A model generated the notes under the pieces. That model was given only the letters and a program-made list of their open reading frames with translations, ran no database searches and had not been told where the DNA came from. A stretch of DNA of 44,156 bases from Candidatus Hermodarchaeota archaeon. GTDB lineage: Archaea; Asgardarchaeota; Lokiarchaeia; Sigyniarchaeales; SOKP01. The stretch is from the NCBI GenBank assembly GCA_048885525.1, contig JBHLLP010000009.1, positions 57,233 to 101,388 of the forward strand, read 5' to 3'. The position numbers and the translations under genes were made by a program. This document shows, in pieces, positions 1-8,774 of the stretch. The first letter of the stretch is position 1. Each line of letters starts with the position of its first letter.

Positions 1-169
1 AATAGATTTAATTGAGAGAATTATGTGAACCTTAAATAATTTGCTTGAAAACTCGATACTCTATAATATTTTTAAGAGTTTCAAAAGTGGAAAAAGTTGA
101 TTGGCTAGCTTAAAACTTAAAATTTAAACGTAATATTTCTATTTATCTAAAAACACTAAGTGTAGAAAA

Positions 170-1285
170 ATGAATGATATCAAATTTGGAATTCAGTTAT
201 TTTATTCTCAGGCTTATGATCTTCTAAAGAAAAAGATAATATCCGCAAATAAGGAAAATTGGGATTCTCTCTGGTTACCTGATCATTTAAGTGGTATGCC
301 AGGGGGAGCAATTGATGATTTCTTAGCACTCTGGCCTTTGTATGGTGTGTTTTCAGAAATAGCTAAAGAAAAATGGTTTGGCTCTGCCGTGACCGACCCG
401 CATAGAATGCATCCTGCAGTTTTAGGTCAAATTGCAACTACAATTAATCATATTTCGGGAGGGAAGTTTATATTGGGTATGGGTGCAGGAGAGGGTATGA
501 ATCTAAAAGCTTATAATATTCCTTATGCAAGTGCACTCACTAAAATGCGAGAGAGTATTGAATTGATGAAATTATTTTGGAAAAAAGGTAAGCGTGTTAA
601 TTTTAAGGGCAAGTTTTTCCAAACTAAAAAAGCAGTACTTCTGCCAAAACCGATATCAGAAATTCCTGTTTGGATTGCTGCTAATGGTCCTAAGACAATT
701 CAGATGACGGCAGAAATAGCTGATGGCTGGATGCCTCTAGGTGTTTCAACTGATTTTTATAAATCAAATGTTGAGAAAATCAAGGGGATAATTCAGAAAG
801 ATAGCAGCCGAGATTTGTCAAAATTTACTTTTGCATGCTTTCAACGTATTTTCATTAATGATGATGAGGAAAAAATTAGCGAACAAATAAAAACCAATAA
901 ATTTGGCATAGCTTTACAACCTAGTTTTGTACGAGATATGGGATACTGGAAAGATGAATTTGACGAAATTTTTTGTGAAGCAACAGGATATAAATGTGAT
1001 GAAATTAGCTATCTTAAATTGGACAGGGATGATGTAGGAAAGTTTGATGTCAATAAATTATCTGTGATTGTTGACTCCATTCCAGATGAAGTCATAAGAG
1101 ATAATCTGATGATCGGAACCAAAGAAGAAGTTATTAAGAAAATTCAAAAGTACATGAAATTAGGTGCAGAATATTTCCTCTTTGAGCTCATCAATGGTGT
1201 TTCAAGTAGAAATGCTCCTTTCACATACTGGGACGTAACCAAAATGATAAGCGAAGAAATTATTCCTACAATTAAAGGAATTTAG
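170..1285 (+). CDS. LLM-class (luciferase-like) flavin/F420-dependent oxidoreductase
   Basis: Motifs LWLPDH, HPAVL, GKFILGMGAGE, PVWIAANGPK, AEIADGW typical of the LLM/Mer family. Confidence 0.9.
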   Translation: MNDIKFGIQLFYSQAYDLLKKKIISANKENWDSLWLPDHLSGMPGGAIDDFLALWPLYGVFSEIAKEKWFGSAVTDPHRMHPAVLGQIATTINHISGGKFILGMGAGEGMNLKAYNIPYASALTKMRESIELMKLFWKKGKRVNFKGKFFQTKKAVLLPKPISEIPVWIAANGPKTIQMTAEIADGWMPLGVSTDFYKSNVEKIKGIIQKDSSRDLSKFTFACFQRIFINDDEEKISEQIKTNKFGIALQPSFVRDMGYWKDEFDEIFCEATGYKCDEISYLKLDRDDVGKFDVNKLSVIVDSIPDEVIRDNLMIGTKEEVIKKIQKYMKLGAEYFLFELINGVSSRNAPFTYWDVTKMISEEIIPTIKGI

Positions 1286-1450
1286 AATTTAGTTTTTCTT
1301 AGATCATGCTTTGTTATAGTATATAATTCCATAAATAATAATCATTGGTAGTAAGAAATAGAATCAAAATACCCCTCAATAGCATCCACTCCTACATGCT
1401 CTAGAGCAAGTTGAGCATTGAGACCAGACCTTAATAAAAGCTCCACGCCT

Positions 1451-1606
1451 TTATAGATCATTAATTGAGCTTAATTCATTTACTGATATATTTAACATCA
1501 AGAACTTACATTGTCGAAATAATGCCCCACCAACATAAATGTTTGTCTTATCATTTTCTAATTTCAATGTCAAAAATTCGTTAACATGAAATTCTTTTTC
1601 TGTCAT
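1451..1606 (-). pseudogene. Truncated 51-aa fragment of a Lokiarchaeal repeat-protein N-terminal domain
   Basis: Hand translation MTEKEFHVNEFLTLKLENDKTNIYVGGALFRQCKFLMLNISVNELSSINDL*. Matches the FxINEYLTLKLE..T.IYV.G..F.QCKYLLLNI motif I recall from the N-terminus of many Loki LRR proteins; it stops early. Confidence 0.6.
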
Positions 1607-1763
1607 CTTTCCCTAAGGATATAGTAGCTAATCACAAATATAAATGTATAAGATTTTGAGAGATAGTGAGAAAGAGTGTTTAGGATATTAATATTTAAGT
1701 CTATGTTTGAGAATTTATATAATAATATCTAAAAGTAACCTTTATTTTATTATAATTGTAAAT

Positions 1764-2684
1764 ATGGTTATCAAAGTTCCACCTGATCAAATAATTATTA
1801 GGCCTCCTGTAGAAGCTTATTCGGTTTTAATAGCAGTAACAGGGGGGTGCTCATGGAACACCACAACAGGGGGTTGTAAATTCTGCGGAACATATCGCGG
1901 CGTCTATGGTATTACTCAAGATTATGCCATACGTTCTGTAGAAGATGTTAAAAGAGATATTGATAAGTATGCTCAATCAAATTATCACGGATTTCCAGTT
2001 TTTTTAGCGGGAGGTAATCCTACTTCGGCACCAATAGATTTTTTGGCTGAAATCATCAAATATGTAAGAATTAAATTAAGAAATGTTCCTCGAATAAGTT
2101 GTTATGCTAAAGCATTAGATATTTTAAGAAAATCTGATGAAGAATTAAAAATATTAGCTAATGCAGGATTAGATATTGTTTATATGGGTTTAGAAAGCGG
2201 TTCAAGTAAAATATTAAGAATTATGAATAAAGGCACTAATGCTAAATCTATGATTAGAGCTGGAAAGAGAATTTTAAATGCTGGAATAAAACTATCATTA
2301 TATATTATTTTAGGATTAGGTAGTCATAAATATTCGGAAGAACACGTGAAAGAGACTGCAAGGGTTTTAACTGAAATAAATCCAACTATTTTTAGATTCC
2401 GAACATTAAATATTATGCCAGGTACTCCTCTTTGGGATGAATGGGAATCTGGTGAATTTCAGTTACTGAGCCCATTAGAAAATATAAAAGAGGAAAGAGA
2501 TATCATAGATAATTTAGGTGAAAATGTTACTTCTCAAGTCTTTAATGACCATGTATCTAATTATTGTACAATAGAATCTTCAAATATAAAGGAAGATCGA
2601 GACATGTTTATAAAAACCTTAGATTCTTATATTAAAGACCCTAGAATCCAGAACTTGCCTAGAAAAAACCTAATCAGAATGTGA
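1764..2684 (+). CDS. Radical SAM protein (RPPxEAxS family), function unknown
   Basis: RPPVEAYS, CSWNTTTGGCKFC cluster motif, FLAGGN, YMGLESGS. ATG at 1764 preferred to the TTG at 1707. Confidence 0.85.
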   Translation: MVIKVPPDQIIIRPPVEAYSVLIAVTGGCSWNTTTGGCKFCGTYRGVYGITQDYAIRSVEDVKRDIDKYAQSNYHGFPVFLAGGNPTSAPIDFLAEIIKYVRIKLRNVPRISCYAKALDILRKSDEELKILANAGLDIVYMGLESGSSKILRIMNKGTNAKSMIRAGKRILNAGIKLSLYIILGLGSHKYSEEHVKETARVLTEINPTIFRFRTLNIMPGTPLWDEWESGEFQLLSPLENIKEERDIIDNLGENVTSQVFNDHVSNYCTIESSNIKEDRDMFIKTLDSYIKDPRIQNLPRKNLIRM

Positions 2685-2715
2685 ATTTTTAAGGATAAAA
2701 AAAATATTAAGTTTT

Positions 2716-3792
2716 TTATATCTCAAGAAATTTATCGGTCATATCAATGAAAATTTTGTATTTAGATATCATCTCTAAAAGGAATTCATATATTTTGTAA
2801 ATTCGTGCATATCCATTTAATCTCTCCAAATTACTTCTATTATCTTCTAATTCCTTTCTTATTTTCTTTAACTCCTCATCCCATTTTGCCATCCTGATTA
2901 TAACGGCTCGAGAAAATTTTAGGAGGAGTTTCCCCACAGATTCAGCACCATAAGTAATTTTACCTTTCGGTGAAATATCTGATTTTTCTATTAATCCATC
3001 TTCTAATAGCAAATTTACTTCCTCAGAAATTTTCCCTGCTGACAAACCAGTAATCCTTTTCAATCTCTTCTGAGTAAGATATTTTCTTGTAATAAAGTAC
3101 CCAAGAATCCTAATGAACATTGGATCTCGACTAGAAAACATAGGGGAAGCGATAAGTTGATTTAATATATCATCTTCAACTTGGTAGATTTCTGGATCAA
3201 AAGAAATTTTCTTTACTTCCTCTTCTCTCGAAATCAATTTGAACGATTTTGAAGATATGTCTTTTAAAGATTCATCGGTAGAAGATTTTGTTAATAATGG
3301 GAATAAAAATTTATAGATTTCAAACGTTTCAAGCAGTTCATCAATTCTATTAAAAAGATGTAGAGCTCCTTTTTTAGATTGTTCAATAAATTTTTTAAGT
3401 TCATCCTTTTTCTTTATTAAATAAACATCTAAAGGGCTAAAACTGCTTAATGCAATTTCTATACCTTTGGTGGTAAGATCTTCAAGTTGACCTGTAAAAG
3501 AGTATGTAAATGTATGTGTGCGAGGGATACGTTCTTTTTGAAAAACACCTGTACCAATCATAACTGATAGAAATGTAGAAATTGAACCTATCGAGAATTT
3601 CGTTAATTCTTTTAATTCCTTCTGAGTTAACTTTCCATGAATTAATAAATAAGAGGAGATAGTGGATATCTTAGGATTAACTCGTTTGCTTTGGGCAATA
3701 TCTAAAAGAAATTCTACAAGTTTATCTTCATATTTTCGGAGTTTATCATTGAAAAGGTGACTTTCAATTTCAGATTCTTCTTCAACTGTCAT
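2716..3792 (-). CDS. Tandem (two-domain) GbsR/MarR-like winged-helix transcriptional regulator
   Basis: Two internal repeats LTQKELKELTKFSIGSIS and LTQKRLKRITGLSAGKIS, each followed by a helical dimerisation segment. Confidence 0.8.
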   Translation of the reverse strand: MTVEEESEIESHLFNDKLRKYEDKLVEFLLDIAQSKRVNPKISTISSYLLIHGKLTQKELKELTKFSIGSISTFLSVMIGTGVFQKERIPRTHTFTYSFTGQLEDLTTKGIEIALSSFSPLDVYLIKKKDELKKFIEQSKKGALHLFNRIDELLETFEIYKFLFPLLTKSSTDESLKDISSKSFKLISREEEVKKISFDPEIYQVEDDILNQLIASPMFSSRDPMFIRILGYFITRKYLTQKRLKRITGLSAGKISEEVNLLLEDGLIEKSDISPKGKITYGAESVGKLLLKFSRAVIIRMAKWDEELKKIRKELEDNRSNLERLNGYARIYKIYEFLLEMISKYKIFIDMTDKFLEI

Positions 3793-3829
3793 TTCTTAAT
3801 TAAATATAGGTTAAATTACTATTTAAATA

Positions 3830-3847
3830 TTTTCATGAAATTTGAAA
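3830..3847. promoter_or_regulatory. Putative operator TTTCA-TGAAATT-TGAAA adjacent to TATA-like ATTTAAATAT (3821-3830)
   Basis: Matches two sites at 8684-8705 and 8735-8756 in the promoter region of the paralogous split regulator. Confidence 0.6.
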
Positions 3848-3896
3848 TTTGGAAACAATATAAAAAAAAATAAAAAAAAATATTTAGGATAAAGGT

Positions 3897-4595
3897 TCAA
3901 TAAATAAATGGAATTAATTTTCTGGTTCGCTTTATATAATTCCTATAATCATCGCCAAATGTTCCTATTAAAGTTTCTTCTTCCACTTTGATACGTATTC
4001 TCATTAGAGGAATATATGATATTGCTGCACCAATTAATAAGAGTATACTCCTAAAAGCTACGTATGTCCCTAGCGTCATCATAATTGCCCCAAAATACAT
4101 TGGATGCCTTACGATTTTATATAATCCATTAGTTACTAATTTATGTTCTTCTCCAGTATGGACTACTGGAGTCCCATATTTCCCTAGTTGAATTCTACTG
4201 ATTACCATGATAATTCCTCCAATAATCAGAAATATGATCCCTATATATGCAACAATTAGATCATTCCAAAAAGGAATAAATGGAGCAATTATATATAGAT
4301 TTTCAAGGTAGGCAAGGATTAATAAAAACGGTTGTAATAACCCCATTAATGATATTAATTTCTCTGCTGTTGTAATTTTGACTTTTTCTGGAATAGGCCT
4401 TATAAAAATATCTATAGATCCGACTATATAATATATGATAAGTGCTGTTAGAGTAATAGGATTTATAAAGATTTGTGGAAGAATCAACCAAAACATCAAG
4501 TTATAATAAACCAGCATTATTAAAACTACTGCGATGAGCTTTCTAATTAAAATTGTTATGCTTAAACGTTTAGGTTCAGTTACTTTAATCACCAT
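3897..4595 (-). CDS. Isoprenylcysteine carboxyl methyltransferase (ICMT/Ste14/PEMT) family membrane protein
   Basis: GLYKIVRHPMYFG and RIKVEEETLIGTFGDDYRNY motifs; about 5 TM helices. Confidence 0.88.
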   Translation of the reverse strand: MVIKVTEPKRLSITILIRKLIAVVLIMLVYYNLMFWLILPQIFINPITLTALIIYYIVGSIDIFIRPIPEKVKITTAEKLISLMGLLQPFLLILAYLENLYIIAPFIPFWNDLIVAYIGIIFLIIGGIIMVISRIQLGKYGTPVVHTGEEHKLVTNGLYKIVRHPMYFGAIMMTLGTYVAFRSILLLIGAAISYIPLMRIRIKVEEETLIGTFGDDYRNYIKRTRKLIPFIY

Positions 4596-4606
4596 TCTTT
4601 TATTTT

Positions 4607-4689
4607 GAATCGATTCGACTCGAATTAAAAAAAGTCATGATTAAAATATTTTTAAAATTATTTAAAACTATCGATTCGATTCGGCTCAA
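4607..4689. promoter_or_regulatory. Paired putative TetR operators (GAATCGATTCGACTCGAA at 4607-4624; ATCGATTCGATTCGGCTCAA at 4670-4689)
   Basis: Two GC-richer NNTCG-periodic copies in an AT-rich divergent intergenic region; GAATCGATTC is a perfect palindrome. Confidence 0.6.
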
Positions 4690-4752
4690 AATATTTATAT
4701 AAAAGGTGATTTACTAGTTTAATTAGTTAAAAATCTTAATTTATTTCTGATT

Positions 4753-5367
4753 ATGATGAAAACAACTGTTAAAGAAAAAATAATGGAAATAGCGATAAAA
4801 TTGTTTAAAGAAGAAGGTTTTGTTAATACCTATATCAAGGAAATTGCAGCCAAAGCAAAGGTGAGTATAGGAACTTTATATTATCATTTTCCTCAAGGAA
4901 AATTATCAATTTTTCAAGAAATTGGAAAAGCATCTACCTCTGATTATACACCTAAATTAAGAAATTATGGATATTCAATTGAAAATGACTATGATTCCAT
5001 AACGGATGCTTTATATGATTTAATTCTCGCACTTATTCGGATACATGGTGAGGAACGTGACTTTATACTTGCAATCCAAGCAGAATTATTTTCTAAACTT
5101 GATGAATATCTTAAAATTAAGAAGGATATTGTAACAAAGGAACAAACGGCGGCACAAATTAAACTTTTCTTAAAACCATTTTGGGAATTAATAACAAAAT
5201 TCTCTAAGGAAGGGTTGGTTCTTGATGGTAAAGAAATTCAAGTGTTTAGTGTGGTAGATATTCTAATTCATCGCTATACATTCATTAATAGCACTTTCGG
5301 AACTGAAGAAGAATTTATTAAAATGATGACTAAAATTGTTTTAGCTCTATTAAAACCAGATACATAA
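4753..5367 (+). CDS. TetR/AcrR family transcriptional regulator
   Basis: N-terminal IMEIAIKLFKEEGF..TYIKEIAAKAKVSIGTLYYHFP HTH. Confidence 0.92.
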   Translation: MMKTTVKEKIMEIAIKLFKEEGFVNTYIKEIAAKAKVSIGTLYYHFPQGKLSIFQEIGKASTSDYTPKLRNYGYSIENDYDSITDALYDLILALIRIHGEERDFILAIQAELFSKLDEYLKIKKDIVTKEQTAAQIKLFLKPFWELITKFSKEGLVLDGKEIQVFSVVDILIHRYTFINSTFGTEEEFIKMMTKIVLALLKPDT

Positions 5368-5397
5368 ATCCCTGAAGTATCGAAAATCCTTAACATC

Positions 5398-5988
5398 TTA
5401 GGATCCTAACCCTCTCATTATTTTAATAATCAGATTCATGAACTTTTCATCAGAACCATAAAGATTTCTAAATATTATATGTTGGCGTATTATAGCTTTC
5501 CAAATCGCTAGCATATCCACTAATTTCTCATTTTCTATTGAATGACCACAAATGTATTCTATAACTTGCTTAAATAAATTAAAATCAACATCAGTAGCAT
5601 ATTTTCTTGCTTTCATAATAAAACTATCTGGATTTCTCAATGTTTCAAGCTGAAGTGCAATAAGGAATTTTCTTCTTTTTCGTCCAACATCCAATGCGGT
5701 ATAGAAGAAATCTCTTAAACTAATATCGTCGAATTTTACGTATTTTTCATCAAATTGATCCTTAAAACTCTTCAAGATTTCCAATAAGACATCCTCTTTA
5801 CCATCAGGGAAATCCTTATATAACGTACCTATAGGAATTTTTGTACGTTTATGTAATAAATTCATTGAGAGATTGTCATAATCTTCATTTTCAATTATTT
5901 CTTGCGAAACTTTTACAATATGGGCAATTCTTTCCTCCTTATCCCTCGCATAACGTTTTCTATAAGAAGATATAATTGTGTCAACTAT
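5398..5988 (-). CDS. TetR/AcrR family regulator (start probably non-canonical, upstream of the ATG at 5865)
   Basis: Frame stays open upstream of 5865 and encodes HTH helix 1 (RDKEERIAHIVKVSQEIIENEDYDNLSMNLLHKRTKIPIGTLYKDFP). It is bounded by an in-frame TGA at 5989-5991; the exact start is uncertain. Confidence 0.75.
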   Translation of the reverse strand: MVDTIISSYRKRYARDKEERIAHIVKVSQEIIENEDYDNLSMNLLHKRTKIPIGTLYKDFPDGKEDVLLEILKSFKDQFDEKYVKFDDISLRDFFYTALDVGRKRRKFLIALQLETLRNPDSFIMKARKYATDVDFNLFKQVIEYICGHSIENEKLVDMLAIWKAIIRQHIIFRNLYGSDEKFMNLIIKIMRGLGS

Positions 5989-6071
5989 TCACTTTTATTT
6001 AAATATTGATCACAAAAACATTTAAATATTCTGTTTATATACAATTATTGAAAGTGAATATGTCTCACTTT
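5975..6071. promoter_or_regulatory. Putative TetR operators: AAAGTGA-N7-TCACTTT (6051-6071) and degenerate ATTGTGT-N7-TCACTTT (5975-5995)
   Basis: Perfect 7-bp-arm inverted repeat downstream of a TTTATATA box, plus a second copy over the divergent TetR start. Confidence 0.65.
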
Positions 6072-6102
6072 AACAATAATGTAAATTTTTAGGCACTAAA
6101 AA

Positions 6103-7518
6103 ATGTTAGAACAGATTGAAATTAATAATCCATATTTCAAAAGGAAATTAAATCAAAGAGAGCGTGTGCACTCAAAAGTACCAAATTCAAATATATCAAT
6201 GATAGCAACTATTCTGGGTAATATTTCCATTGATCATTTGAAAGAGGTTATTAAAAAAATGCAACAACGTCATCCTATTCTAAATGCACGCTTGCAACAT
6301 GAGGAAAAGCAACTCTATCTTGTGGCAACTAATAATTTAGTAATTCCCTTAGAAGTAATTAAGCGTAACTCGGATGACCATTGGAGAGATGAAATAATTC
6401 AACAACATAAAATCCCCTTTAAAATGGAGCAAGGTCCCTTAATTAGATTCATATTACTGCATTCAACTGAAATTTCAGATTTGATTATCTTTTGCCAACA
6501 TACAATTTGTGATGGCATGTCGCTAGCATATTTAGCAAGAGATATAATGACATATTTAGGAGATCCGGCGAAAAAAGTTGAATTAATGTCCCCACCACCA
6601 TTGGTTAACGAAGATAATATACCATCTGATATTAAGCCCAGTTTAGTGATGCGAATCTTTGGTAAGACAATTAATAAGAAATGGGAAAAAAGTGAATTGC
6701 TTTTTAACTATGATGATTTTTATGCTCTCCATGATGTCTTTTGGAACAACTATACTTATAAAGCGCATTTATACGAGCTTCCCAAAGAACAAACTAAAAA
6801 GTTGATTAAAGCTTGCCGTAAAAATGGAGTGACCGTGAACACAGCATTGATGATTATGTTTGCTATTGCTCAAAATCAATTGAACCCTGAATCTCCAAAA
6901 TACTTGCAGAATATCTCATTTGCAGTGAATTTGAGAGACTTTCTCAGCAATCTTGTGGGTCAACAATTCGGGTTTTTCGCAGGAGGTATACAACTGAAAT
7001 TTAAATATTCTAATAAAAATAATTTTTGGGAGATGGTTAAAAAAGTTCACTCAAAATTGACACCTAAAGAAATTAGAAAACAAACGTTAGCAGGTACTCT
7101 AAATGCCTTTTTGCTAAACCCAACTTTATATGAAGCTCAAATTTTCGCTGCATTTGGTCCTCTCATATCACCATCATCAAAAAGCTATGATAAAATTCAG
7201 GCATTTATCTCGGATAAAAAAAATATAGTAAATAAAATGATCAATAAAAAACTTTCGAAAGGATTCGCAATGGCCCAAATAATGACTAATCTTGGAAAAC
7301 CAGGTTTTCCAGAAAAATATGGAGCCTTATTATTGAAGAATTTAATTTTGATGCCTTCTTGTTCACCCTACACCGAGTTAGTTTTAGGTGTGGTAACACA
7401 TGGAGAACGTTTAAGCATTACTTTAAATCATATGGAAGAATCAATCTCATCAGAAAAAATTATGAAAATCAAGGAAAGGGCAAATCAAATCTTAATGAAA
7501 GCAATATATGATAATTAA
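6103..7518 (+). CDS. Stand-alone condensation-domain / CoA-dependent acyltransferase (PapA5/alcohol acetyltransferase-like)
   Basis: RHPILNA, GPLIRFILL, QHTICDGMS (HHxxxDG variant), GVTVNTAL, AVNLR, TNLG. Confidence 0.8.
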   Translation: MLEQIEINNPYFKRKLNQRERVHSKVPNSNISMIATILGNISIDHLKEVIKKMQQRHPILNARLQHEEKQLYLVATNNLVIPLEVIKRNSDDHWRDEIIQQHKIPFKMEQGPLIRFILLHSTEISDLIIFCQHTICDGMSLAYLARDIMTYLGDPAKKVELMSPPPLVNEDNIPSDIKPSLVMRIFGKTINKKWEKSELLFNYDDFYALHDVFWNNYTYKAHLYELPKEQTKKLIKACRKNGVTVNTALMIMFAIAQNQLNPESPKYLQNISFAVNLRDFLSNLVGQQFGFFAGGIQLKFKYSNKNNFWEMVKKVHSKLTPKEIRKQTLAGTLNAFLLNPTLYEAQIFAAFGPLISPSSKSYDKIQAFISDKKNIVNKMINKKLSKGFAMAQIMTNLGKPGFPEKYGALLLKNLILMPSCSPYTELVLGVVTHGERLSITLNHMEESISSEKIMKIKERANQILMKAIYDN

Positions 7519-7600
7519 TTAATAATTAATCCAATTTTTATTATCCTTTTTTTTTAAAATGAGGAGAAAATAGTTCAAGATAAGCTTATATCAGATTTAA

Positions 7601-8116
7601 TTATTTACCCTCTTTTTCATATTTATTTTTAAGTTCTTCCCAAAGTTTAATAATAGCCTTATATCCAGCAAATCTCATGAGATTTAACTCAATAAAGTCT
7701 TTTACTTCATTATATCCATTTAATTTTTGAAGCTTTTCTTTATTATCTTCCAAATCCTTTTTCATTTCAAGAAATTTTGCCTCCCATTTGACATTTGTTT
7801 TTAGAAGGTTAATTGCTCTGCTAAAGGTTTCTGCTACTACTGATTCCATTGAATAAACCCAAGGTTTTGAATTTTTAGAAATTTTTATTAAATTAAATTC
7901 CAGAAAATTGTTAAGTTCTTGAGAAATTTTTCCCGCAGAAAAACCTGTTAAGTCTTGGATTTTTGATTGTGTTAAATCTTTCCGAGTTATAAAATAGAAA
8001 AGTATTTTTGAAGTTATTTCACCCCGAATAGAAAAAATAATATAGTTTAATAATTTATTAATTACTTCACTCTCTATCTTTTTAATTTCAGAATCAAATA
8101 TCTCTTCTATACTCAT
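7601..8116 (-). CDS. GbsR/MarR-like wHTH regulator, subunit B (homologous to the C-half of 2716..3792)
   Basis: YFITRKDLTQSKIQDLTGFSAGKISQEL aligns with YFITRKYLTQKRLKRITGLSAGKISEEV. Confidence 0.8.
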   Translation of the reverse strand: MSIEEIFDSEIKKIESEVINKLLNYIIFSIRGEITSKILFYFITRKDLTQSKIQDLTGFSAGKISQELNNFLEFNLIKISKNSKPWVYSMESVVAETFSRAINLLKTNVKWEAKFLEMKKDLEDNKEKLQKLNGYNEVKDFIELNLMRFAGYKAIIKLWEELKNKYEKEGK

Positions 8117-8130
8117 TATAAGTTTTCTTT

Positions 8131-8637
8131 CTATTTTTGATTAAAAATGAATTCTATATCTGACCAAATATTTTGAACCGTTTCGAAAGTTTTTGTTAAG
8201 CTTTTCAATCTTTTGGAGAGAAATTCTGCTCCTTTTTTGTCTTTATATTTCTCAATCTCAATGATTTTTTTTTTTAGAAATTGATTAATTTCCATAAAAT
8301 CCTCTAATGTTGCATCAGCTGTATCTCCGTATGATTCGGGGGCATTTATATATAAATATTCATTTGTTTTTGGAATTCTTTCCTTTTTTATAACTCTAAG
8401 TTTTAAAATGTCTCTTAACTTTTTTGAGATTGTACCTGCAGAAAGACCGGTTAACTTTTTTAACTGCTTTTGTGTTAAAGTTTTATGTATTCCAATATAA
8501 CCAAGAATTAATTGAAGATTTGGATCAACACTTTTCGCTCTTCCAGATTCTAATACAAAATCAATCAATATTTGCTCATATTCTTTAATCTTTCCTTGAA
8601 ATCTATGATTTTTAGGTGAAAGTTTCTTATCTATCAT
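8131..8637 (-). CDS. GbsR/MarR-like wHTH regulator, subunit A (homologous to the N-half of 2716..3792)
   Basis: IHKTLTQKQLKKLTGLSAGTIS...KERIPKT aligns with IHGKLTQKELKELTKFSIGSIS...KERIPRT. Confidence 0.8.
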   Translation of the reverse strand: MIDKKLSPKNHRFQGKIKEYEQILIDFVLESGRAKSVDPNLQLILGYIGIHKTLTQKQLKKLTGLSAGTISKKLRDILKLRVIKKERIPKTNEYLYINAPESYGDTADATLEDFMEINQFLKKKIIEIEKYKDKKGAEFLSKRLKSLTKTFETVQNIWSDIEFIFNQK

Positions 8638-8683
8638 TCTTTAATATTATTAATGTACAAACACCTATTTATAATTTTATATC

Positions 8684-8756
8684 TTTCATGAAGAATGAGA
8701 AACATTTATATATCCAGATTAATATTATTTTATCATGTTCTTCATTATTCATGAAA
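8684..8756. promoter_or_regulatory. Two inverted copies of operator TTTCATGAA-N3-TGA-RR-AACAT flanking TATA box TTTATATA (8705-8712)
   Basis: TTTCATGAAGAATGAGAAACAT (8684-8705) versus the reverse complement of 8735-8756, TTTCATGAATAATGAAGAACAT. Confidence 0.7.
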
Positions 8757-8774
8757 AATAAAGAACCATAAAGG

